From Amphiscolops sp. MND2022 (Eukaryota), in the NCBI GenBank assembly GCA_964187785.1, contig OZ076416.1:34596001-34660000 (forward strand): DNA of 64,000 bases, in the 5' to 3' direction. A program made the position numbers and the translations under genes. The notes beneath the pieces are model-generated. The model was not told the origin of the DNA and made no database searches. It saw only the letters and a program-made list of their open reading frames with translations. How positions within the stretch are numbered: position 1 is the first letter of the stretch; every line of letters starts with the position of its first letter. This document shows, piece by piece, positions 12,570 to 24,198 of the stretch.

Positions 12570-13889
12570 ATACATTGTAATTGAAGAAAAGAGCAGCACC
12601 ATTATCACCATAAAGCAATCCGCCAAATGATGAGAGAAGAAGTCACCGTGTTCTACGGAAACGACTACTTCGGCGCAAACAACAATGACTGTTTGTGACC
12701 AGATTGCAAAAAGCTGGAAAGGAGCAACGCCCAAATAGCAAGTTCCCACGCAGTCAAAGCTGACGTTGCCCCAAATGCACGAATTGAAGAAATAAACGCT
12801 GTTGAAACTTGTTCGCTCCAACATTACACGGAACTTGATAGTTCACTCGCAGTCGGAGCTGACGTTGCCCCAAATGCACGAATTGAAGAAGCAAACGCTG
12901 TGGAATTTTGCTCGCCCCCACGTGACACGGATCTTGATATTTTCCCGCAGTCGGAGCTGACGTTGCCCCAAATGCACGAATTGAAGAAGTAAACGCTGTG
13001 GAATTTTGCTCGCCGCCACGTGACACGGGACTTGATAGTTCCCCTGCAGCCGAAGCACAAATTGAAGAATGTGAAATACGTGTGAAAAAACTGAAGCAAT
13101 ATCAATGGGGTAGAGTGTCTCGGGTGCCATTCAATTGTGAAAAGACACACAAAGATCGACTGCCTGAGATAAACGGAGGAAATTCAATATGGATATCTAT
13201 CAATGCAAAAACCCTGCTCCGAACAAAAAATCTACGTCTGCTTGTCGTGTTACAAGTGTTTCGCATCGCTTATGACTCATATGCATGTCAACAAATGTGA
13301 CTGCTCAAAAATTGTAACTGTAGAAAAACCCCAAATCCGAAGTTCAATATCGCAAGAAAATCGGAAAGCTACTCGCACCACCCAGGACTAACGATTTAGA
13401 AATTGCCGAAAAATTTGTCCATTTCCGAAATCAAATAGCGGTATGTGGGGGGAACGAAAGAATTAGCCAACATCGCATGGCTATTAAACACCCAATGACC
13501 CTATTTTTGACCGAAAAAATGGCCCAACAAGCAGAATGAACATCAGAGCAAAATTTAAAACCCCAATCGATGCTCAACTACTTATCTACTTTTGCGCGCT
13601 TTTGCGATTTTAGTTTCCTCTATGGGGTGAGTGTCAGTTCATCATCAAATGGCGACAGGTTCAAAGCAGCTATCAGAGACGCTAGAAAAGCGTTTGCCCC
13701 AGCTGTTGTGGCAAACTATGGCGAAATAGCTCAAGAAATGATGGCGAAGGTCCCTAATTGCAATTTGGTTCGACAAAGAATCAAGCAAATTCTTAATGTC
13801 TTACGTGGAAACCAGGCGAAGATTAAAATGAAATATAAGATGCAACAAAGCATGAACTTCTTCCTTCTTCAGGCAAGACGCAACACAAG
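12570..13889 (+). pseudogene. SET-ZnF-tyrosine recombinase copy A, exon 2 repeat 3
   Basis: Same content, with an extra linker repeat and a TGA in the post-SET cysteine motif. Confidence 0.85.
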
Positions 13890-14493
13890 GTATAGTAAAC
13901 TACAATTCAATTCAGTCTCATTTTTGTTTACCGTATAACTCACCTTCATTCTGATAGCTTGTGTAAAGTTTAAGATAACTAAGTTTCACGATAACCCTGG
14001 ATAAAATAATAAAGTTGCCAGTTTCAAAAACAAAGGTGGAACTTTGCATCCGCAACACATGAATTATTCTTGAATTATTTGAGATTATGCAAAGGGTGCC
14101 TTCTGACGAGTCCCAAAATTAATTTTAATTCCCACGAGTCGGAAAATTAATTTTAATTCCCATGAGTCCGAAAAATAATCTTGCACAAAATAAACACTTT
14201 TACAGTAAATTAAGCTGAATTAAATATCTCGAGGAAGCAAAATAACAGTAAAATACAAATACAACAGCAACAATCTTTCGGACTTGTGGCAATTGAAATT
14301 TATAATAAAGACTTGAAAACAAACCAGAATCCTTCAACTGTAATTTTGTTTTCAGAATGACAGTTTATAATTGAGATTCACTGTCTTTCACACTGTTTTC
14401 TCTTTTCTTTAAAAAGTGTGGGGAAGAGCCGACCTTGTTTCGTATCCTTTTTGTTTGTGGGTACGTTAATCAACAGTTTTGATTTTTTTGCAG

Positions 14494-14600
14494 AGGCGAC
14501 CAATCTTGCAGTTGATTTGGGACGAGTTTACGTCCATTTGCAAAAACAATGCTGGCCTGACAACAAATAGGCACAACACTGGAAAGTGTTATACGGTGTA
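14494..14600 (+). pseudogene. Truncated tyrosine-recombinase catalytic exon (3a)
   Basis: TTTTGCAG acceptor, then PILQLIWDEF...LTTNRHNTGKCYTV; similarity to the family stops near 14600. Confidence 0.7.
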
Positions 14601-14870
14601 TTATCAACGAAATGTCGAAATTGTTTCCAGGGGGTTTAAATTCGCAACAAGGTTCATCTGGGGTGGGGAGGTAAGTGAACACATGGCCCACGTAATGTTA
14701 TTCCCCCGCAAAAGAACATCCCTAAAATAACGCCCAACTTCAGCTGAGTTGGTCAATGATTTGGAATTTATCTTCTGTTTGTGCCTACTGTGGGGGGTGG
14801 GGAATTAAAAGAGAAAATTCTAATATTTTAAATAAGTTAAGATAATTACAACCTCCAACATCTGTTTCGG

Positions 14871-15345
14871 GGCTGGTCCGATACTGCAACTAACATGAGA
14901 AGCATTCAACGACATTGACAAATATGATCGGGAATTGACCACAAATAATCATAAAATAGGCAACTTTTATACAGTTGATATTTACATACAGCCGGACCAA
15001 CGAGAGTTTCTAATGAAACAAAGAGGGAAGTACAATAAAGAATTCCACGTCGAGCCGAAATTCATTTTCTCGTCCAGAAAGAACAAAGTGGAATCGTCCA
15101 TTTGTCGCGGCCTCGGGGAAGTCTTTTTTCGGAGACGACAAAACTAAAGTGATGTGTAACGCTAACTTTATTCGAAAATTTTGGGAGGAAATGTGGACTG
15201 TCATAAAGGACAACGTGAGCGGAGGGGTCCATAGGGTTCACCTCGCCCAGACTGCACACAGCGAGAAAACAGCCAAGGAAAAATATCTTTCCAAGAACGG
15301 AACCCGAGAGAAACGTAACAATGTTTTGGAAATATTTTTAGACCT
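14871..15345 (+). pseudogene. Tyrosine-recombinase catalytic exon (3b), interrupted by an LTR
   Basis: AGPILQLT*EAF...LTTNNHKIGNFYTV...NANFIRKFWE...AQTAHSEKTAKEKYL: candidate K, R, H and Y catalytic residues in the expected order. An LTR starts at 15346. Confidence 0.8.
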
Positions 15346-15898
15346 TGTAACGGTTGTTTGATCCCTTCACTTGACCAAACTTGTCGCCGCCCTGAATTCG
15401 GTGCTCGGCACTGCGTATCGTTACCGAACACTGCTTGCTTCTTGGATTAAAAGGACTGTATCTTGACTTAGTAGGATCCAATGATCCCGAATTGCACTTC
15501 CCTCTTGTCTCTTAACACGTCCAACTCTCCACAAGTTGAGAGTAAGTAACTTAGTCGTTTAGTCGTTCTAAGGCTTTGGCGAAAAGTCGAAAAGTGGTGA
15601 AGAAATGAATTGAGAATGTGTGGTCCTGAGACCCGCCTTTAATACAGCTTTCCAATCAATTTGTGCTTATCTAACAATGGTATACGTCTCGTTTACACTT
15701 TTGAAGTATAAATAAATGACATTTAAAGCATAATATGAAGTTATTAGCTATGTAAATAAACTATGTGGTGGTTCTGACCAATCCTTAGGTAGGCTAGAAA
15801 GTATGTTTACATATCACTAATTTCAACAGAGCTACATTCTAATGTGGTTATATAGATAAATAACAAAGTTTACATTTTCAGTTCAAGGACCTTGAACA
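15346..15898 (-). mobile_element. BEL/Pao LTR, left copy (553 bp)
   Basis: TGT...ACA termini; clearly homologous to 22338-22908 but with many substitutions and indels. Confidence 0.9.
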
Positions 15899-16167
15899 TC
15901 ACACATGTGAGGAGTAAAGGGGGTTATAATGGGTGGTTGACCTTGTAACTTGGCGGGTATGTTTCTATTAGGTACTTGCGTATGTGTGCCAAGTTTCATG
16001 TCTCTAGGGTTAGTGGTTGTCGAGAAAACCCATTTGGGGGTGTTTCCATTTTTGTCACACTTGATATTTTTTCAATATTCTATGTTTCTAAGAGTGTAAG
16101 TTTTGTTTCTCAACCAGCATGTTTTATATCGAGTTTTTTTGCCTACTGATGACTGGCGCCAATATTG

Positions 16168-19100
16168 CCGGCCCTGTTTTTTCCCGAAAAACACTTTCAT
16201 AGAACAGGGTGCCAGTTTCGCTACTGGTCTTTTAAATTTGCCATCTTTTGGTTAGACCGCTTCACATTTTCATCCACGACCCAAACCAAATCATTCACTC
16301 TGAGTTGCCTCACATCATCTTTGTTCCATTTATTACGCACGTTCCCTTCCGGTAGATATTCTTTAGTCCATCTGGTCCATATCATATCTGAATAAGCTTG
16401 CGACACTCTGAATACCCGTCGCAAGTCCGTGTAGCGTTGAGCGTCTGGTAGGAAAGGTGTCGCTAAATTTGCTCTTCCCAATAAGAAATGATTCGGTGTC
16501 AAAGCTTCCAAGTCATCTGGATCGTCACTAACACTAGTCAGTGGTCTATCGTCCATCGAGTACAACTATCATAGTTTTTTTATCATCATCAACTTCGAAC
16601 CAATCGTTCCCAGATTCCTCCAAAATGAGGGGCTCCAGGAGGTTTGAATTTCCACTTGATATCCTTTTGAGATAGAGACGTCTCAATGTCTGACTGATTC
16701 CACGCCTTTATACAATCTCTCATTTCTTTGGCTGCACCCACGAAGTTCGTCCCATTATCGCTCAGAATTGTAGCAGGTTTGCCTCGCCGGGCAATAAACC
16801 GTGTGATAGCAGTTAAGCAGAATTCTGCTTCCAAAGATGGAACAATTTCGATGTGTACTGCTCTAGTCGTCAAACAAGTGAAGAAACAGCATCATCTCTT
16901 CATAGTCTTGCGCATGAATTTCACTTCAAACGGACCAAAATTATCAACTCCAGTGTTTTTAGAGGGGAACACTCGTTCCTGCAACTTTTCTCGTGGTAAA
17001 TCAGCCATGAGTGGTTGAGACACTCCCGCTCGTTGCTTTCTACATTTGACATTTCGCTTTGACGTTCCTCAAAGTGTTTCGCAATCCAACTATCAATATT
17101 TTTGCCTCAGAACACTTCTGACGTATTCGGTGCCTTCATGAAAACTCGCTCGATGCGCCTCTTCAATCAACTTGATAACATAATGCTTTGCTGACAACAA
17201 GATTGGGTGTTTAATTTCATAACTTGACTTTGAATGTTGCAGTCGACCTTGTAGTAGTAGCAACCCATTTTGGTCCAGAAACGGCGATAAATTATTCAAC
17301 AGATCTGAAGCCGACAACGTCTGCCCTTTGGAGATCTTCTCGTAGACATTTTGAAAACTTTCCTGCTGACAACGCTTCAAAATTGCCAGCTTTGCTGCAG
17401 TGAGTTCTTCCACGGTCAGATTTCCTTTAGATTTCTTTTTCCTCCATCTAAGGCAGTATGACAGCACTAGAATCATTTTCTTGAAAGACCCAAATCTTTC
17501 CCATTTGAATGCTGGTTCCATTACCGCAGCTTCCATGACTGGTTCAGGCTCTTCTCGATTGCTGAATTGTAACTTTTCAGGCACCTTAGGCCAGGCGTCT
17601 TCTGTCTCGGTGAGCCACACTGGCCCTGTGAGCCACTCATTTTCCTTTAGGGCTTCAACTGTCATTCCTCGAGTTCAAATGTCAGCAGGATTCAATTTTT
17701 CTTCATTTAGCCGCCATTGATCGATAGTTGAGTTTTGAGAATTTCAGCAACGCGGTTTGCCATAAAGACCGGATGTTTGTTGTTGCTTGTGTGAAGCCAT
17801 TGTAGGACCGTTGTTGATCTGTCCAATGTATAATTTGGTCTACTTCAATATCATGTTCTTCCAAAATAAGCTCTCGCAGTCTTACTCCAAAAACTGCTGC
17901 CTGCATCTCCAACTTAGCCACTGTCATGATTCGTATTGGAGGTACTCTACGTTTTCCAATCACAAAGGCCACTTCGCCATTTTCTTGCTTTCTCAAATAA
18001 GCAACCATACGTATTGCTTCCAACGACGCGTCTGAGAAGATATGTAGATCTACTTTATTCACACCTGACTCAAAATATGTCCCTTTGAGGGCCATTTGGT
18101 TCACAGGTATCATCTCTGATGCCCATTTCTCAAATGCATGTCAATTTTCTTCATTCAGTTCTTTACCCCACGACTGTCCATTCTCCTTCCATTTTGAGTT
18201 CAGTAGGTGTGGCATTCTTATGGTGAAAGGAGACACTATTCCCAGAGGGTCGAATACAGCTGAAGCATGGGATAACACCGCTCTCTGTGTTATCTTCACC
18301 GGTATATCCTTCTACATGCCTCTGCATACTTCCATACTCATGCACTTAAACAGGTTCGTTTGTATTGTCCCTCCATAGAGATCTCAACACTTTGCAATCT
18401 CCCGGCGGTACTTTCGCTTGTAGGAACATCCTTCAATGTCAGCAAGGATGGTGATCTTTTGTTCTCCAAACCTAAAGATTATTCCAATCAGATTCTGCAG
18501 TAGGTCCGGCCCTGTCAAGAGGTTATCGTTAAAGGAATTTCCGCGGAATTTGGAACCTGCGTTTCACACTCGCCTCACTTTTCCTGGTTTGATTGGTTTT
18601 TCTACTGGGTGATGTGGAAAATACCAATGTCTTTCTAATTTTGTGGCTTCTAGTTCTTCTTGCTTTAGGATTCTGACGAATCCCTTCAACATCTACTTTA
18701 ATAGGGTCTTGATAGAATTTCTTCAACTCCGGTTTCTTTTCGAGTCTATACTCTAACGACTTCACTTGGCTCAATGCCGAAGAATAGTTGTTTGGCAAGA
18801 AGGTCATTTCTTTTCCAGAGAAGACCAACTTCATATCTTTCACCATCAAACTTTGTCTTTTGTTCTAGCATCTGCAGCGCCTTCTCATCTTCCTTGTACC
18901 TTCCCGATACATCGCAGCGACACGCATAGGATTCAATGTCCCACCAAGTTTCAATCTGTTCTGCCAGAGCATCATTTTCAGAAACTAGCTTCTGAAAATG
19001 ATGCTCTGGCAGAACAGATTAAAACTTGCCTACGCAAGATGCAACAGCTGTTACGCAAGATGCAGTCATCTGCACAGCTTCTTTCTGTGGAAGTGGTCCA

Positions 19101-22100
19101 CAGAGGGTCCATCCAAGTTTCGTTTTCACTGCCCATGGCTTACCATTTGTGCCGCTTTTATATTCTCCAGGCCGATGTATAGGGTAGCAGTTTTGTCCAA
19201 AATCATTTTCAAATCCTTCAGCTTCAATGATTCTTCGCTTAGTACCGACAAATGGGGTTAGGCAAGTTTGAGCTCGTATGTCCTTGCCTTGCCTCGAATT
19301 CCCACGGTGAGTAGTTCACATTTCACTTCATTTGTCCCATGTATTCCAGCCACACTCAGATCAACTTCTTCACCGTGAGCATTTAATTTGTCAGCTAATT
19401 CCTTGTCTTTGAACGACGGGCTCGCTCCAGAGTCACACAGAGCCAAGGATGATTCTTGCCTTTTGCCAACTTGAATGATGACAGGTATAACTGGCAGAAT
19501 TCCAATGCTCTTCGGTGAACGAAATGCTGAATTTGCCTCCGCTGTTCGTTGTGGGTCTTCCACTCTACTTTCTTTCGGCCGTTGGTTTGCCTCGCGATGT
19601 AGCAATCGATGATGCCGCCTGCTACAGCCTTTGTCTCCACACGCTTTGTAAGTGCAATTTTTCACATGTTTCCAGCCAAGCAACAAAAGCAGAGTTTCAC
19701 TTCTTTGGCTTTTCATATCGAGCTTGACAGGTCATCTTCAGAAACTTCTCGCATTTCCATAAGGGATAATTACCATCTTTCAATGGACAATCATGCCAGT
19801 CTTTTTGTGGGCACTGTCGTCAGCAAAGGTTGAGAACGTAGAGGTCTTTAGCTTGTCTTTATATGCCCATTTCGATTTGTCTGCGTTGGAATTGCTTGTC
19901 ATGAGAACATCTTCCTGCACTGCTGCTATCTCTTTCAACCATGCGCTGAACGCTTCCAGCCCCATACAGTAGTTGGCATTTTGTCTGGTGTGAGTCAGTC
20001 ACTTTGTTTTCATGTTCAATGGCAGTTTTCTGGTCGCACTACTCAGGACGCCTTCTGATTGCAAGTCTCCAACATAGTTTGTCTGCGTCAGAACTTGTAC
20101 ACAACTTGAAACTACTCTTGAGTATTTGACCAATGCTACAGAGTCGTACGCTTTCACTGGTGGAAAGATGTATATTTGTCTCAGTTGTGCGTTAAGAACC
20201 ACTTGTGGTCTCCCAAAGTGCACAACCAAGGTATTCCATGCAACATCATACATGTCTCCTGTGTAGCCTAGTCCGGCTATTACTTCCTTTGCCTTTCCAG
20301 TGACCAGCGTTTTGAGGTGATTCATCTTCAGAGCATGGACCGTCGAGAGGAACAACCCTGACCACTCGGCCATTCCAATGAGTCACCTGAGAATTCTGCT
20401 AACTTCAGTTTCGTGAAACTGGCTGGTAGGCTCATTATTTCGGTTCTCGTGGGTCCGACATGACTATGTGAGGCTAACGGGGTGTGCAACATGTGGAACA
20501 TGTGCAACATGTACCGTATCATTTCGTTGTTGGCTGATTCGGAGGTAAACCCTTTCCAAACTGAACATATTGTAGTGCAGCCTTCTTCAGCGTTACAGGA
20601 GCCACCTTCGAAACAATAAGATTACCCGAGTCGCTAACGTTTGCTACTGTTGGCTGTGCCATCTTAGCAGCTGGTTGAAGCAACTTCGTTGTATGCGGCA
20701 ATGCACCAGGTTGTTGTTGCATGGGTTCGCTGGCTAGGGCGATTCTGCATACATCATTCCCATTCTTCGTTAACTCAACATCAACTTCGATTTGATCAAG
20801 CCAAGAAGGTACATTTTCAAACGGATCGGTTTGAATGGGTACTGGGGAGACGCTTCGCAAACTCGTATTTTCTCGGCTACTTCCCACTCGAGCTGTTTCT
20901 ATTTCCTTTTCTGAGATTCGTAAGGCTCTTGCCTTCTCTTAGAGTTGTTTCTTTCGGATCTCGGTTTGGCGTTTCTTTGCAGCTAGTTGTTCATCAATTT
21001 CTTCTTGTTTCTTCATTGCTTCCAGTTCCATGAGCATCACTCGCTTTGTAGTAGTTGACTTTGAACTAACTGATGTTCTGTTGCCCTTTGAATGTGCCTT
21101 GCTTGCACACTGATCTCTTTCTTCAGGTAGCGAATTCACCTCATTAACACAACGATTCTCAAACGAATAGGGTCTATCGGTACCTTGTTCCACTTCTTCA
21201 TTCGCATTCTTCTGAGCAGAAGTGTCACATGACTTTAGTTTTTGCTCTTGCCAATTCACCCTGGAACGGGCCATGATTCCCTCCATACGATGCAACTCAT
21301 GGTAGATTGAAGTATCTCTATTGTGTTTCAACCACTCATCCATCTCGGCCACAATTTCGTCTCTCCTTTTGAGGGTTTCTTCGTTTGTTTCTATCAATGC
21401 TTTGTAATCCTCTGAGTTGCAAAGAGTATCCCGATTTTTATTGATTTCGTCTTCGTTTTTTCGAAGCATTTCATCACATTCCTCTTTGGAGTTTTGAAGT
21501 TGTAGGAACTCCTTCAACTGTCCTTCATTCTTTAGGCTCCGTATCATTGTGAGCATCTGACCAATGTTTTTATGTCGTGTTTCCAAGGAATCTATTTCAT
21601 TCCGATATCTGAAGAATCGGTCGCCTTTATTATCCGACCATTCTGGCTGATACTTGGCTTGCAATTGTGCTGTGCTCGCCCCCACGAGTCTCTTCCATCT
21701 AGGCAGTAGGTCTTGTCGGTTCGGTAGAAGGTCTGCGAGTTTTTCTTCGTTACCTCTGCTTTGCGCAGCTCAGCATGTATTTCATCCATTTTTGTCTCAA
21801 AGTTTTGAATTGCTTTCATGTTGCTCTCCCATTGTGGCTTGTCCATAGAACTCTTCAAATGGTTTTCAATTCTTTTGCAATCAATTCTTTGGATCAGCCA
21901 CTTTTGAAGTAGCCCAAAACCCCAGAGTACACTAACCAACCAAAGGAGTCCAAACTCTGCTGTGAAAGACAATTCCCAACAAGCCGAAGAAGTAACCCAA
22001 AACCCCCAGAGTACACAATAGCCCAAACTCCCAGAGTACAATGTAAACCAAAAATTCCAGTAATACCACTCCGAATACAATCTTGCGTCTGCAGAAGTAG

Positions 22101-22337
22101 CCCAAGCCCCAGAGTACACTAAACACAGAGGAGAGCTCAGATGTGACCACTTTGCAGCACACACAGTTTTGTATAGATAGCCACCAGTCGTCGTTCACTG
22201 TACACGTTCACTTGTTAGCACGATGCTATTCTGGCTTTGTTGCTATCAGAAAATCATCCAGTTCTCCGCCCAATTGATGATGTCCGCTCAATTGATTATG
22301 ACCGCCCAATTGATGATGTCCGGGTCGGCGGACCAAA
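16168..22337 (-). mobile_element. Decayed BEL/Pao retrotransposon internal region (gag, protease, partial RT, RNase H, integrase)
   Basis: Minus-strand frames: KLAEFSGDSLEW...KMNHLKTLVTGKAK (Pao gag), CSRRHHRLLH, protease CDSGAS, LHIFSDAS (RNase H), TRAVHIEIV...RRGKPATILSDNGTNFVGA (integrase), LTPNHFLLG...WTKEYL. The protease-RT-RH-IN order fits BEL/Pao. Many stops and frameshifts. Confidence 0.95.
22319..22335 (-). promoter_or_regulatory. Primer binding site of the BEL/Pao element (probably tRNA-Tyr type)
   Basis: TGGTCCGCCGACCCGGA starts 2 nt inside the 5' LTR on the minus strand; resembles the TGGTCCTTCGAGCCGG tRNA-Tyr PBS common in this superfamily. Confidence 0.75.
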
Positions 22338-22908
22338 TGTAACGGCTGTTTGATCTCTCACTTGACCAAACTTTACGCCGCCCTGAATTCGGTGGTCGGC
22401 ACTCCGCATCGTTACCGAACACTGCTTGCTTCTTAGAATAAAAGGACTGTATCTTGACTTAGTAGGATCCAATGATCCCGAATTGCACTTCTTCCTTGTC
22501 TCTTAACACGTCCAACTCTCCACAAGTTGAGAGTAACTAACTTAGTCGCCCTAAGTCTTTGGCGAAAAGTCGAAATGAGGTGAAGAAATGAATTGAGAAT
22601 TGAAATGGTCCTAAGACCCAACTTGAATACAGCTTTCCAATCAATTTGTGCCTATCTAGTTATGGTATACATCTCGTTTACAATTATTCGGTAAACATGA
22701 GTTGAAAGATGAAGTATAAATGACATTTAAGTGAATTATTAAAGTTATTGGCTATGTAAGCAATTCATAGTGTGGGTATAGCATGTTGGTTAGGTGGGCT
22801 CTAAAGCATGTTTACACAATGTAAATATCGTGAATTTCAACAGTTACATTCCAATGTGGTCATATAGGTAAATAACAAAGTTTACATTTTTGGTTCAATG
22901 ACCTTGAA
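22338..22908 (-). mobile_element. BEL/Pao 5' LTR, right copy (outer terminal dinucleotide missing)
   Basis: TGTAACGG...GACCTTGAA followed by unrelated GGGAATAAG repeats instead of CA. Confidence 0.88.
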
Positions 22909-24050
22909 GGGAATAAGGTATAAAATTGCAGGACGGTAGAAAAGATTTAAATGGAATAAGATCTAAAATATCTAAAGAATAACATCTGAAGGGAATAAGA
23001 TCTAAATTTTTACATCCTAATCCCCTTTTGGAAGTTAAGCATGTCACAATTTTAGATCTTAATATTTTAGATCTTATTCTTTAGATCTTATTCCTCCCTC
23101 CCAGATTAAATGTTAGAAGTATATCCTCATGCTCAGAGTTTCGAAGTTTTGAAAGTTCAAGTAAGCGGCATAAGTGCTCCTCGAGTTTCGGTAAAGACTT
23201 CAAATGAAACTTATATGAATTTGATCTGGGAAAAACCTCACCACCACCACCCCCTACGTTTGTACGTTTGAAAGGAAGCCACAAAAGAAAGTGACTGCTA
23301 CCTGGACCTGGTATAAATTCAACAATGTTCAACTCCGAATCCAACACCACCCTGATGTGAACTGGGGATTTCACCTTACATACTGAGTACACGGGGGTTC
23401 GTCAGTGCCAGCACACCTGCGCAGTGCACCTGGGCAATCTAACCCCTCTGCAGCCACCTCCCACTATTCTGCATTCACTGCCTCTATGAATGCAGCCAAG
23501 ACCACCATCCCCAACATTCAGGACACCACCCCTTCCCCCAAACATGAAATTTTTTATTGTTTATACATGATTCATTTAACAAAGAAATAAAATTTAAGGA
23601 CGGGTAAAAAATCTAAAAAAAATATGACCTAAAATTCCCCCCCTAGGTTCGCGGAATGTTTTTTGAAAAACATGTATCATTGTTTCGAAAAAATAGGTTG
23701 CTTTTTCGACATGAAACTCAACAACCATGTTTCTAAATCCAAGAACCCACAAATATTTTCCATAAATGGAGTTCAGGTTGTAAATGGATGAAGTTTCAAG
23801 TAATTACAAGTTGAAAACAGAGGTTATGGACATTTACATGTTCTTTTACATAAGATGGGATAGTTGGAATGGGATGTTGCGAACGACTATTTTTAACAAA
23901 TTACGCACTGGCATTCGTACAAACGGGTTGTGCTTTGCAGATTTAAGTTTGTTTCTGTTCCTGCGCTGACGGGGTATCGTTTTTCGCGTTTGCCTTAAAA
24001 CCGCGAGGATTTTGTTCAAAAAGTGAGATAACTCTGGTAGTAAAGACAAA

Positions 24051-24167
24051 ATGTCATTTTAAAACTTACTACCCAGTAGTAGAGTTGTTTTGAAATGTCA
24101 CTACCACTAATGAGGACGATTCAAAATGGCTTGCTACTACAGAAAAATTTTCCAAGTGTCATCGATA

Positions 24168-24198
<31 letters not shown>

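Larger units (their letters stand above)
8395..14302 (+). repeat. Triplicated ~2.2-kb unit (exon 2 plus flanking intron DNA of SET-ZnF-recombinase copy A)
   Basis: The AACACAAG|GTATAG donor recurs at 9442, 11643 and 13889 (periods 2201, 2246). The first copy is 5' truncated; the third diverges after ~14302. Confidence 0.95.

Noticed and set aside
16150-16170. TGGCGCC on the minus strand as a second primer binding site
   Set aside because: No LTR end lies next to it and the match to a tRNA 3' end is short.
21592-22198. 190-aa and 88-aa minus-strand ORFs with WGFG/VLWG repeats
   Set aside because: Products of short tandem repeats (GTAGCCCAAAACCCCAGAGTACAC) in the BEL/Pao leader; no independent gene evidence.
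23250-23560. C-rich open stretch (TTTPYVCTFERKPQ...SNPSAATSH)
   Set aside because: Contains a stop, has no recognisable motif or splice context; cannot be supported as a gene.
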